A stretch of 64,000 nucleotides of DNA from assembly GCA_002633005.1 (NCBI GenBank), contig NMRA01000007.1, positions 882,362 through 946,361 on the forward strand, read 5' to 3'. The notes beneath the pieces were generated by a model that was not told the DNA's origin, made no database searches, and was given only the letters and a program-made list of their open reading frames with translations. The position numbers and the translations under genes were made by a program. Positions within the stretch are counted from its first letter, which is position 1; each line of letters begins with the position of its first letter. Below, piece by piece: positions 23,323 to 35,300 of the stretch. Origin of the DNA: Phoronis australis (Eukaryota; Animalia; Phoronida).

Positions 23323-26300
23323 CTGGTAAAAAGGGAGAAAAATGTAGTTTCCAAAGGTATAAAGATTGGGTGGGGTTACTTACCCCGGGTACTATGGTAT
23401 GACATCAGTTATTCACTTCCTTACATGTGTGAAAACATATCTACAGTGGGATGTCATTTTTAAGAGTTCACTGTGAAAGAAAATAACGTGAATAATAAAA
23501 TGGTTGAAATCAAAATATAAAATATCTTTTCAGTTTTATTCAAAAACTATTTATTTTTTCTTTACAAGCACTTCTGTTTTCATGGACTAATGTTGGCAAC
23601 TAAGCAATCCGTGTCTCGCGTCAGGTGAACTAACGTATCATTTAGACTGTTTACCACAACAAAACTAGAGTCACTGTAACAAAGGTAGTGTGTCGATGTT
23701 GCTCATTTATCTATGGTGTTTGTGATTTATGTAGACACAACAAAATTTACGGGCTTATTGCTGAGACGGTTGACGGCACTTTCCTACGATCAAATAGATC
23801 GTTTCATAACCTCTGTGAGTAACCAATTTGGGATTGTCTCTAGAATTTGCGACACAGAAACTCCCGTAAAAACTCAATTTTCTTCATTCTGGAATTTGGT
23901 ACGTTATCATATTTCTCAAATTTCGGACGTTGTGTTTTCAACCTACAAAGCAGATAATTTGCCATCCTTCAAGTGATTCACGAACTTGAGACGAACGATA
24001 TTGCCTACTTCTAGAATTTGGGACAAACGCCGACCTTGAACAAAATATTTAATTTTTCATTGTCCCAAACTGAAGAATTTTTCCCATTGGTGGGTGTGTG
24101 CTTACATATTTGAGTTCACTACCAGGAGTGGAGAAAAATTACGCATTTAACCATCAAAATGTAAAAGCTACACGAGTCCACTAAATACATCGTCATAAAA
24201 CTATGAAACATTCATGAATCGGACGTCTACAATGCACACAGCGTTCACAAGTTGTCTTTTAGATGTCTGTGCAGATGTCAGAAAAAAGTTGGCATATGAA
24301 CAGCCATCAGATTTGGTCATAAGCCTAGCAAGTTCAAGATGTACCTTCTTACAGTGAGAATGCTGAATTCTAATAAACTAACTTGTTGATAGCGAGGTGA
24401 TAATACACAACTCGCCAAATTTGAAGCACTTAGCACGACTGTTACGCCATCTGTTGCAGCGATAGTGGCCCTTAGTGAACCCTCGCAATTAGCAGCTGAT
24501 CTGCCATTGGACAAAACTTAATGCGCAAATGAAGTATTCATTCATCAGAGCAACGCGTAAATTCCTCATTATTTCTTCATCACCTCAATGAATGAGGGTT
24601 GCTGATTGGCTTCCATACATACCGACTACTTCCACTGGAACCGGCACTGCCCACAGGAGACATTCTATTGGATAAGAGTGGTGAGCCAGGGGCCTTCAAG
24701 TTACGAGGTCCTGACACGGCTTTATTCTTTTGAACACCTACAACATAAATCAATGAAATTGTGATGCAAAGAAAGATGGAACCGATCTATTGTGAGCACC
24801 AAAACAAAACAATCACACAGCAAAGTGGTCATCGCAAAAAGCAATCTCGTACTTTCGATAGTGTTTAACCAATCTGTTAGACGAATCAACACCATAAAAC
24901 ACACTTGTCAGAGGTTATGAACTTTTGAAGCATGTCATCAAAACACGGGTTATTTCTGTCAAAAGCCTGGATCGTGCCAAATCATTGTGTTGTGTACTGT
25001 TTACTCATACAGGAGAATCCTTGTTCATCCGTCCAATTCATAAAGCAAATTAAATGAAACGCACTGCACTCTGAGAATTGTTAATCCTCGTTAACTTGGC
25101 AAAAAACTGAAACCCACTGTCGAGACACAAGTCACGACGTGAGAGTGTAGCAGATACCTTTGGAAGAATTATTGAGGTTTGGAATATTAGAAGTAATGGT
25201 TCCTACGCGCTTCCCAACGTCCTTCCTCGTCTCCTCTTTGGGCTTCAACACAGTTTTAGGGTTGCCGGTGACGCTGCTACTCGTGGTGCTGGTGGCTGCG
25301 GGGATTTTAGTTCCTGTGTTCAAGAAGTCAAATGGTTGAGGTCTATCTCGTTACCACCACAACAAAATTTAGCACCAGCCTGAGTCGTGTTTTTCTGACT
25401 CAGTTGACCACTCTTTATAGTACATAAGTATTACCAGTTATGTGGTTGAAGTGCTCACACATCCAATGGACAGCTGTTACGTTGAATGTATATTAGGAAT
25501 ATTTCTTTGGAAACTGGCGGACTTTTGAAGAAGTAATTAGGACAAGCAACGAACGTGAATGAGAAAAACCTTACAAGAAGTAATCTGCTGAGAGCAGTTT
25601 GCAAGAAGCATAGATTACTCACGTGAGACAGTGTCTATTTAGTGTAAAACCAATTAACACACCAATCCGTGCTCATGTGAAATTTGTGTTTTCTGAGCAA
25701 ATCTAACACGATCGTACCTTTCCGAGGTATCTTTGTTGTGTCTTTCTTTGCTGCTCCTGCTGGATCCTTTTTCTTTTCTCCCTTTGGAGGTTTTCCATCT
25801 TCCTCTTTCTTATCTCTTTCTTCCTGTAATGAAAACAATTCGTAAAACGGCCTGTTACCACCAGCCTGGCTAGCAAAAAGTTTGTTTTTTTCCCAACTGA
25901 AAGGCCTATATCCAAAAGTGACCTTGTGACTTTTCCAAGACAATGTGCCCTCATTTGTTTACATCTTTATGAATAATATGTAGCTTATAGGGATATTTAA
26001 CAAAAATATTTGCTCAATTTATGAATTTCAACTAAAATAAGACAATTCGGTTTGGACAATGACATGTGTCACCTTAAATTACATAACGTGGTTACAAACT
26101 CATCTTCCGTCAAAAAAGCTGCTATTGATTTAGCCCTCTTAATGGTTATGAAATAGGTCTCAGAGTTTTCGTTAGAAAAACTGGAGGTGTTTTCAGCACT
26201 CTGAAAGAACTGACAGTTCATTATTTCTCCAAACCAAGATCGCAAAATTCCAAGTCACGCCATGGCATGAAATTTCATGAGCTTGGAGGGAAGAAATAAC

Positions 26301-29300
26301 AAACTGTAACTTCTTCATGACCCCAGAGATCACTTCTAAACTGAGTAAAGAACAGACAAAACTTGTTTCTTCTGACACAAAGCATTGGTTTAATGCCCCT
26401 TTAAGAAAAGGACTCCAAATTTTGATTGATAGTATTATACATAAAAACTGGTATAATGAAGAAACAGCATCAGTTGATTCAATGTAATTTATTGGACTCA
26501 AATTTATAGGAAAATACTTAATCACAGTCCGTATATTTAAGGAACTGTTGTAAAGTAAATTGTCTGAGATTTACCAAAGCAAATGGTTTGAAACTGTTAC
26601 TGGACCTATTGTCCAAACTGTCTCTCAACTGACTCTTAATTTCATATCACCCATGTTAACTATGTTTATGGAAGTGAATAGTTTATGGAATGTAACATGT
26701 CTATAACCGAGAACATTGACCTATAGCAATAGAAACAGCAGCATTTAAACTGCACACAAATCAACTTGTAGTTTTTAAAACATTCTAGTTGGTATGAAAT
26801 ATAAATCCTGCAGCAACACATTAGTAACAGTGTCAGAAAAACATTCCAAAATGTTAAAGATTTAAGAACCGTCAAATCTTATCTCCAACAAAACTATAAG
26901 CTCAAACGACTTATCAACCATTGTAAGAGATTGTAAAAACTGACAAAAATAAGCGAGTCTTACGAGCTCAAGAAGTAACTTCTCCTCATCTTCTTTCTGT
27001 TGATCAAACGCATCATCTTCAATATAAGTTTTTCTGTGTAACTGTAATATTAAACAACACATATGTAAAGGTACCCAAATATATGTACAGCTGACAAAAT
27101 TTCTGTGACAATCATGTCAAATTTATGATACGTCGACGCAAGCACGTGCTGTCTTATTTGTAAGAATGCTTAAACTTTCAACATTAGCCAATACGTTTTC
27201 TACATTCCAGAAATAGGAAGACTGAATAAAATAAATCATGAAAGGTGCATTTCTAGATTAAAATGGCACGAACTATGGTCATCACTTCTTCATGTATTTA
27301 GCACACAATTTAGAGAAGGTGTGAAATTTTCTTCTGTCTATTTTTTACGAAAAAGTCCATAAGATTTACACAAAGTTTCTCATTGTTCATATTGACTGTG
27401 TAAACTTAATGTTAAATAACATTTGGTTTCCAGTTGCCATTCTTTCGAGCAAGGTAATCAGCTTTCTCCACAGGAAAATGACAATTTGACAATAAATTCT
27501 TTATGTGAAATACGTGAACAGCTACTGCAACCAAGTAGTTCAACACCCACACTACCAAACCAGTTCAAAGAACCATGAGCTAAGTAATAAGTCTAGCAAA
27601 ATAATGAATTGAAACCACATTAGTTGAATTGCCTATGTGTTTTCAAGACCGTGTGGTCAACCACTTCGACTGAACTTCAATTTCCACGGTTGCACAGGTT
27701 GCATTTAACAACATACTGTGTCTATAATGCTTATGTCTTAACTGTTTGCGGTGATGAGCAACATACCAGTCTCGTATAACAATTTAGCACATGGGCCTTT
27801 GAAGCATCAATATACAGGTATGTATAAAATAATAAGAATGCATCTCAAAAAGAATCATCTGTGTTGATGTCATCCTCCCCACAAGGTGGCGTGCCAACAA
27901 CACATCCAATCGCAATGGCAATGGCTGCACTTGTTTTACTTTGCCACATTCACCGGGTGAACGAGCTTAGGCAACCGATTGGTTCTCGATGACACCCTCC
28001 AGCTTACAGACCAATCAGATGATTTACCCAGTAAACGTGTCTAAGGAAATCAACTGCAGCCATCGTTTCAGTTAGTAATAACATTTTCGGATTCTGCTGT
28101 TGCAATGTCCTACATGTTGGATTATTACTGAGAAATGCGTGTGCAATAATAGGTTGTGACTGGTTGTCACTTAGGCTGCAACATCTAGAAGAATTACACA
28201 CGGCCATGTGAGAAACAACGACCGAAAATGACAAATTAGAGGTCGAGGATGCACTGATGGGAAAGAGTAACAAAAGTTAAAACTCCAGGACAAAACACTG
28301 CTGATACCATTATCAACCAACCCTTCAACCACTTTGCCAGCAACTGGCAAGAACAATACACTGTAGACATATAACTTAATCAATCACGGTCACACGCAAC
28401 AACCTGGCTCCTAAACGTGAAGCAGACGACAAAACGCAGATACTTTAAAGCGCCGTACAACTCCTGGTGCTATCACATTACTTCAAAAGCATTTGTAACA
28501 TTCAGAATGCAGCACATGTGCACTAGCTTGACAACAGTGCAGTCGACACAAGCAACAGTTTATGGGACTAAGTACATCACCTGCAGTCAGACTAAACCAG
28601 TATCAATGGCAGCTACATGGAATACACCAGTGGGAGGCATATTCAATACATCAAAGTCGGCCATTTTGAAAAATGAACAACACAGACTTGAACAGCAGCA
28701 GCTTGTAATGCTGAATTCAACTAGACCAGCAGACACTGAACAACAAACAGCGTGGACAAAGATAAAGAAAAACCAAGCTGAATCATTCACCTGGTTGTGA
28801 TTACCTGATAGTCCTGAGAGAACAATTGAAACGAAGGCTAAACAAAGATGGACACCATGAATGACTTTGTGGCACGATACGCGTTGCATTTTTGTTATTA
28901 TTAATTCATGCCTCGGTTAACAAAGCAAATCAAATCTTAAGACAGATTTGTGTAGACCTCCCCCCTTTCCCCACAATGACTGGTGGTGATATTACAGGGG
29001 ATGTAAATGAAGGGTTACGGAACCATGCAATGTGTTAACTTCCTGTGCGCCCAACATACAATAAACGCAGACAAGACCCCATAACCATACTTACACGACC
29101 CAAATAATTCAGATATTTCTGAATAAAAAATAACCATAGCATCATGCATAGTATCTGCTGTTTTTACATCACTAAATAAAATCCAAAAGCGAACTAAAGC
29201 TTCCGCTTTGCTCAGTAGATTTTACTAGCTGCAATGTGCAGCTATGACCTTGATATGACCTTGATATGTCCCAGCTTGTTTGGTTGCCGTGCTGACGAGC

Positions 29301-32300
29301 CAAGAGTTATGAGGTTTGAACTGATTTAACTTGCCTCCTTCAGTTAAAATGAGCACAAAATGGAAAACTTATGTAAAAAAATTACATAATTTGTCAAATT
29401 TATACAGCTTTGACAAGTAAGCCTTCACTTTTAGCCAGGTGTCATACATTTTAGAGGAAATATTAAGAAGCCCCGTATGAACTATGTAATAATAAACAAG
29501 GAAACGTAAAATCCATATGTCAAACTTACCGACTCCATTTCCACCTGAGTTTTGTCGAGTTCCTCCACAGCCGTTTTTACGGCTAAGCTGACGTCACGAT
29601 CACGCTCGTTAATAAGCAGCCTCCGTACACTAGAGTCCAACTGCTGCAAAAGGTGCCTGTCTGACGGTAGCTTTAATAAGGACTTGAGCGAGGGCAGAAC
29701 AGCACACAGCCTCAGCCGTATGTTCGGCACTGTGTCCGTAGACAATTCCAATAAGAACTCAAAGAAGTACTCCTTGAAGAAGCCCTTGGAGTATAGCTCC
29801 ATCACGGTCCGGCACATGTCGATGAACAAGCTGCGGTTCCGACAACTCTTCGCGTGGCAAAATTCTGACAAAACATATTTAAGAAGTGAAAAACACACAA
29901 GGAAGATTAAATATTGCAATTGCAGTACTGAATTAGGGTTGAAAACAGTCCTCTACAAAACAACTCTATCGGTGACAAAATGCTGCCCAAATTGTTGAAA
30001 GAAGTAAGAAAAACACAAGGAAGATTAAACCCACTAATTGATAGGATGAACTGAAGTTGAAAGTTGAGGCAGCAAGCTTTCTAAGAAACAAAATGGCAGA
30101 CGGATACTATTCAAACATTGCAGGTGGAAAAGAACTTGTTATCACAGACATAACATTGTTGAACTTCAGTGCAACAATACCACGGTATAACAGTTACTGC
30201 GGCACATAGTTTTGTTATCTTTCTTATCAAAAGATGAACTGCAACAGCAACTTTCTCCTTACCCTCTATTAACCGACAGATCATCTCCTGTCGTTGGTCC
30301 AGTTTGCGGATGTTCCTGAGTAATATTAAGGTTGTTCTGATTGCAGCTAACCGGACAGGCATTGCTCTCTGAAATAACAACATCAATTGTTGTTGAATGT
30401 AAGTGTTGAGACCAATCACACAATTATGAATCTGAAACAGCAACATCAACTGTTGTTAAATTTAAGTGTTTAACTCAATCACATCAGCATAGCGGCAACA
30501 TAATGAAGAATTCGTTATTGCTAGATGGTGATAGAGTACTGGATGATGACGTTCAGCACCACCTAGTGTCCAGTCTTATGGTTTGGATAGATTTAAAGCA
30601 ATGAGATTTCTCAGAATGTTTTATAAATTCTTTGCAATCTTCATGCCAACCAATTGCCACCTTTCTACAGTGGTATATTTAAATAATTCATACAAATGTA
30701 CATCGCGAAATGTCTGTGATACAGAGAAATTGCGCCTTATCCTTCTGTTGTTCATCAGGAGTTGAAATTGGGTCAAGTTGAAGTTGCTTTCATGTTTTCA
30801 CAACACAAAAGAGTACTTTGTCAGATTTTCCTATTGAACACGTACTTGTAACTTTCAGCCAGCTATGATCAATTAAAAAAGTGTGTCCCGTAACACAGTA
30901 CTGTATAAAATAAATATTGCATAGAAGACTACAGAAGCAATTAAACTTTGATCTCTATGAGTTGAAAATGAATAGTAATTAAAAGCATCCTTCATATCTT
31001 TATGAATACAGCAATATTTCATGATTTTGCACAAAAACAATAGCCAAAAATCTTTTTCTGTTTTTCAAAAGCTGCTTATTAAACTGAAAATATTGGAAAA
31101 AACGTTGTATTATAGTGCATGCAACCTACAAACTAAGCTAACATTACATTAAAATTTTCAAAATCTTTTTTGTAGGAGAGTTTGACAAGATGAGATTCAC
31201 TTGACTGGCAAAGTGTGCTCTATAAAGGTGAAGGATTATCACATTATTGTGCATTACATGGTATTACATCCCAGAACGTAAACATGAACACAATCTACTG
31301 CCCTCTATTGGGAATAAACACTGTAGTCACCTATGTGCTGTAACTCAACAACCTAGAGACCGCTGTCGCAAACACGACCAATGTCTCCGTCTTCAAAAAA
31401 GGGAGTTGGTACGCTGTTAAGGGCAGTAGTCCTCAGCCTGTTGTATCTTTCTGGCTCCACTTTTAATCATAATTTCTATGACTATTTGCCATCTTCTTTT
31501 AAACTTTTTTATTTAAGTTGTTGTATTCAGTACCTTACTTATGTTAACACATTTGTTAATTTAATTGTACACCTCTCTTTATACTTTTAAGTTTATGTTA
31601 ACATTTCCCACTAGACCCACATCAAAATCATTGCATTCACTGAAGTGGTTCCCCAGCCCTTTAAAGACATTCAAATAACTAAACGAACTACGTACACTAT
31701 TGTGGAGTTTGCTGAACATGAGAGGCACAAATTTGTAGAAGATCTGTTCACTGGAGCAAACTCTAGGAAGGCAGGACAACTTTGACATTAGATCCTGTTG
31801 AAGTCGCCAGTCATTGGAGGCGAACACTACTGCCTCACAGGCCATCAGTGCAGAGATGATATCACTCATACTGTTCAACTGAAAAGTGGATATGAAACAA
31901 TCATCTTACAGTCTGTCTTACAATCCAAATTATTGTATTTGTCACTGTGCTGTGTAAATATGATAGAATAAACAGTTAGCAAGAAATTTCGTAGTATGAA
32001 ATGGGTTTCAAGAGGATACGAAAAGCAGTTCTTTAAACAACCATCTCCAACTAAAAAAGAATATAACTCAAAATATAAGTAAGACCTGTTAGTCTTCTTA
32101 CTCCCTATATGTTGGTCAAATGACTTATGGCATCTATCTAAGACGACTCATTACTTGTACCATATTAATACACCGGTTTTTAACAGCGCGATTAGGTACA
32201 ACTTAAAGGCTTAATAAAAACCATCATTTTGAGAGTGAAATGAGACTTGAGAACGACTAATTAGACAACATAGAGATCTTAATTTGAGAGATGATCAAAT

Positions 32301-35300
32301 TGACACCAGATATAGTAAGTAGTCAAAATCACGAGTTTTTAACTTTTGCAACTTTAAAACACCCAAAATGAATTCTCTTGCTCCCCCCCCCCAACATACC
32401 TTGNGTACACTATTGTGGAGTTTGCTGAACATGAGAGGCACAAATTTGTAGAAGATCTGTTCACTGGAGCAAACTCTAGGAAGGCAGGACAACTTTGACA
32501 TTAGATCCTGTTGAAGTCGCCAGTCATTGGAGGCGAACACTACTGCCTCACAGGCCATCAGTGCTGAGATGATATCACTCATACTGTTCAACTGAAAAGT
32601 GGATATGAAACAATCATCTTACAGTCTGTCTTACAATCCAAATTCTTGTATTTGTCACTGTGCTGTGTAAATATGATAGAATAAACAGTTAGCAAGAAAT
32701 TTCGTAGTATGAAATGGGTTTCAAGAGGATACGAAAACCAGTTCTTTAAACAACCATCTCCAACTAAAAAAGAATATAACTCAAAATATAAGTAAGACCT
32801 GTTAGTCTTCTTACTCCCTATAAGTTAGTCAAATGACTTATGGCATCTATCTAAGACGACTCATTACTTGTACCATATTAATACACCGTTTTTTAACAGC
32901 ACGATTAGGTACAACTTAAAGGCTTAGTAAAAACCATCATTTTGAGAGTGAAATGAGACTTGAGAACGACTAATTAGACAACATAGAGATCTTAATTTGA
33001 GCAATGATCAAATTGACACCAGATATAGTAAGTAGTCAAAATCACGAGTTTATAACTTTTGCAACTTTAAAACACCCAAAATGAATTCTCTTGCTCCCCC
33101 CCAACATACCTTGGCCTCGGTGATGGTAGTGCCCCCTCCCTTGGCCAACATCTCTAACGTCTCCGGCAGGTAACTTATGACACCCTTCAGCACCTCTGTG
33201 TTATCATCCTTGAGTAGGGTGACCAGATCTGATTGGATGACGCTAACGTGGCTGCCTAGCAACTTCACTACCTGGTAACACGCAAACACGGAGATAATAA
33301 ATTTAATAAGCTACAGCATTATACATCTGCTCAGCTTCAGTCTAACAAAATTTCTCACTATACTGATAGTTTGGTGAGATCATTTGTATCAACGTATTTG
33401 GCGAAATACAAAATTTCAAGTTCTAAAATTGGGAATATGAAACTGTTACAAGCAACTAGGAACTGTTTGATAATAATCACAGGAAATACCATAATTCTGA
33501 ATACATAAAGCACCAACTGACATCAACCTTTAAATATTTAACAATGAGACTATATTGTTTAGAAATATAAGCACAGACAAACACAAGCTGAGCAATGCGG
33601 TTTCATAAAAACACACTTGTAACAAATTGATGCATTTATTGAATATGCAGCGTGCAAAACCCTGGGGCCAAATCTACTAGGACTATTAATTTAGCACATT
33701 CACGTTTCAGTAACGAGTGCAGTCTTATATTGACTTTGTGTCTGTTAGAGGAAATAATTTCTGAAGCAAAGCTAGTGTATTATTTTACTTTGTCAACACT
33801 GCACGACTGAAGTGGAGCTCTTAGACTGTATTTTCAATGTGTGAAACCACCTCAAGCTTGTTTCATAGTAGTTAACAATGTTTGCACTTTTTCTTCCTTG
33901 TTCCATGGCCATCAAAAACAAACTTGTTTATCATCGTTTCTAGCTGTGAATGTTAAACAACACATACATTAGCTAAGTTGACATACCTCGTGAAATCCGC
34001 TGGCCACCGTTTTCCTCACTGAAACGTGAGGGTCCTCACAGAGACTAGTGAATGAACTGAGTAACTCAGCTTTAAACTGACGAGCACCCGTGAACAGAAC
34101 CATAGCCTGAGGAGGAACACATATGGATACTACAGGAAGTGTACAATGCATGATGGGATATTCATTTATACGCAACAGAATAATGTGGCAGCAGCAACTC
34201 CTGTAGGCAAAATTTGTTGAACACACAACGTTCATGATGAATAGTTTTCAATGGTGTTCCATCGAGCTCTCTGTATCTTTGACAGTCGTTCGCAGTGCAA
34301 AAACATGACAGGCAGCTAAGAGACATAAGAAAACTAATGAAAGCAGTCATTTTAATCATCAGTTTTCTAATGTCTCTTGACTGTCTGCTTTATTGTTGCG
34401 CCGTGAATGCCTAAAAAAGATACAGAGCTCGAGTGAATATCGTTGAAAATTATTAATCATGAACTTTGAACACATTGCGTGTTCAACAACTTTTATAGAA
34501 AAAAAACTGTATGCACCAGCTCTTTTCAACAATTCTTAAAATTTGTTTTCAATATAGACCTTCACAAGTTCAATGAACTTAATATTGCTACAGAGCATCA
34601 GCATAAAGACATACAAAGAAACTTGAACACAGTAAATAACAGAGATCCTTGACTGACAACAATGTACAATTTAAAGACTTGATGGTAAGATCAGACCCCC
34701 AAGGCACAAACAGGAATACCTTTAAATAAATAAAGCTAATCCGAATATATGTTTAATAATTGAAGAAAGTTTCATTCTTAACAACCAAAAATCAAAATTT
34801 CCAGAATTTTGGCATTCTGGTTATTTTGATTTTGATTTTTGAATGCAAAAATAAAACATTTAATAATTACAATAGCACAATTACATTTCTTGAAACATCA
34901 AGAATGCTCCATACACATGTAGGACAACTGATAAAGTTAGAAAATGCCTAAAACAAAGAGAGACAAAGTGCAGTCCCATTCAATGAGCTACACATGTGCA
35001 CATTCACCACACCAATGGTTCACTGAAGAATATTCTCTGTACTTACAGGAATGTTAAAGGCAGCGTTTCGCCTACACTCGATATGTTCCTCCTCGTCATA
35101 GAGATCTGCGATCACAGGCACTTTGGTCGGTGAGTCGCTGTCTTCTGTCTTCGGACTTTTTTTACCTGAGCCAATCTTACACAGCTTGCGGAACTGATCC
35201 AGGAAATATTCCTTTTGATCATCAGTTAAGTTTACTACAAACGACAATAATGTACATTGCATTTCTACAGGTACAAGAAAAACATGCGTCAATTTTTGTT

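Noticed and set aside
28236-28253. Strong acceptor followed by CILDL* (possible truncating last exon)
   Set aside because: No clear poly(A) signal or donor to define an exon.
29245-29270. Tandem TCAAGGTCA (NR5A/ERR-type) sites
   Set aside because: Explained by a simple 11-bp duplication, with no independent evidence of function.
29552-29998. 148-aa plus-strand ORF
   Set aside because: Antisense shadow of a PPP4R4 exon.
32409-32591. Mutually exclusive duplicate PPP4R4 exon
   Set aside because: Identical protein, near-identical flanking intron and an N junction indicate an assembly overlap.
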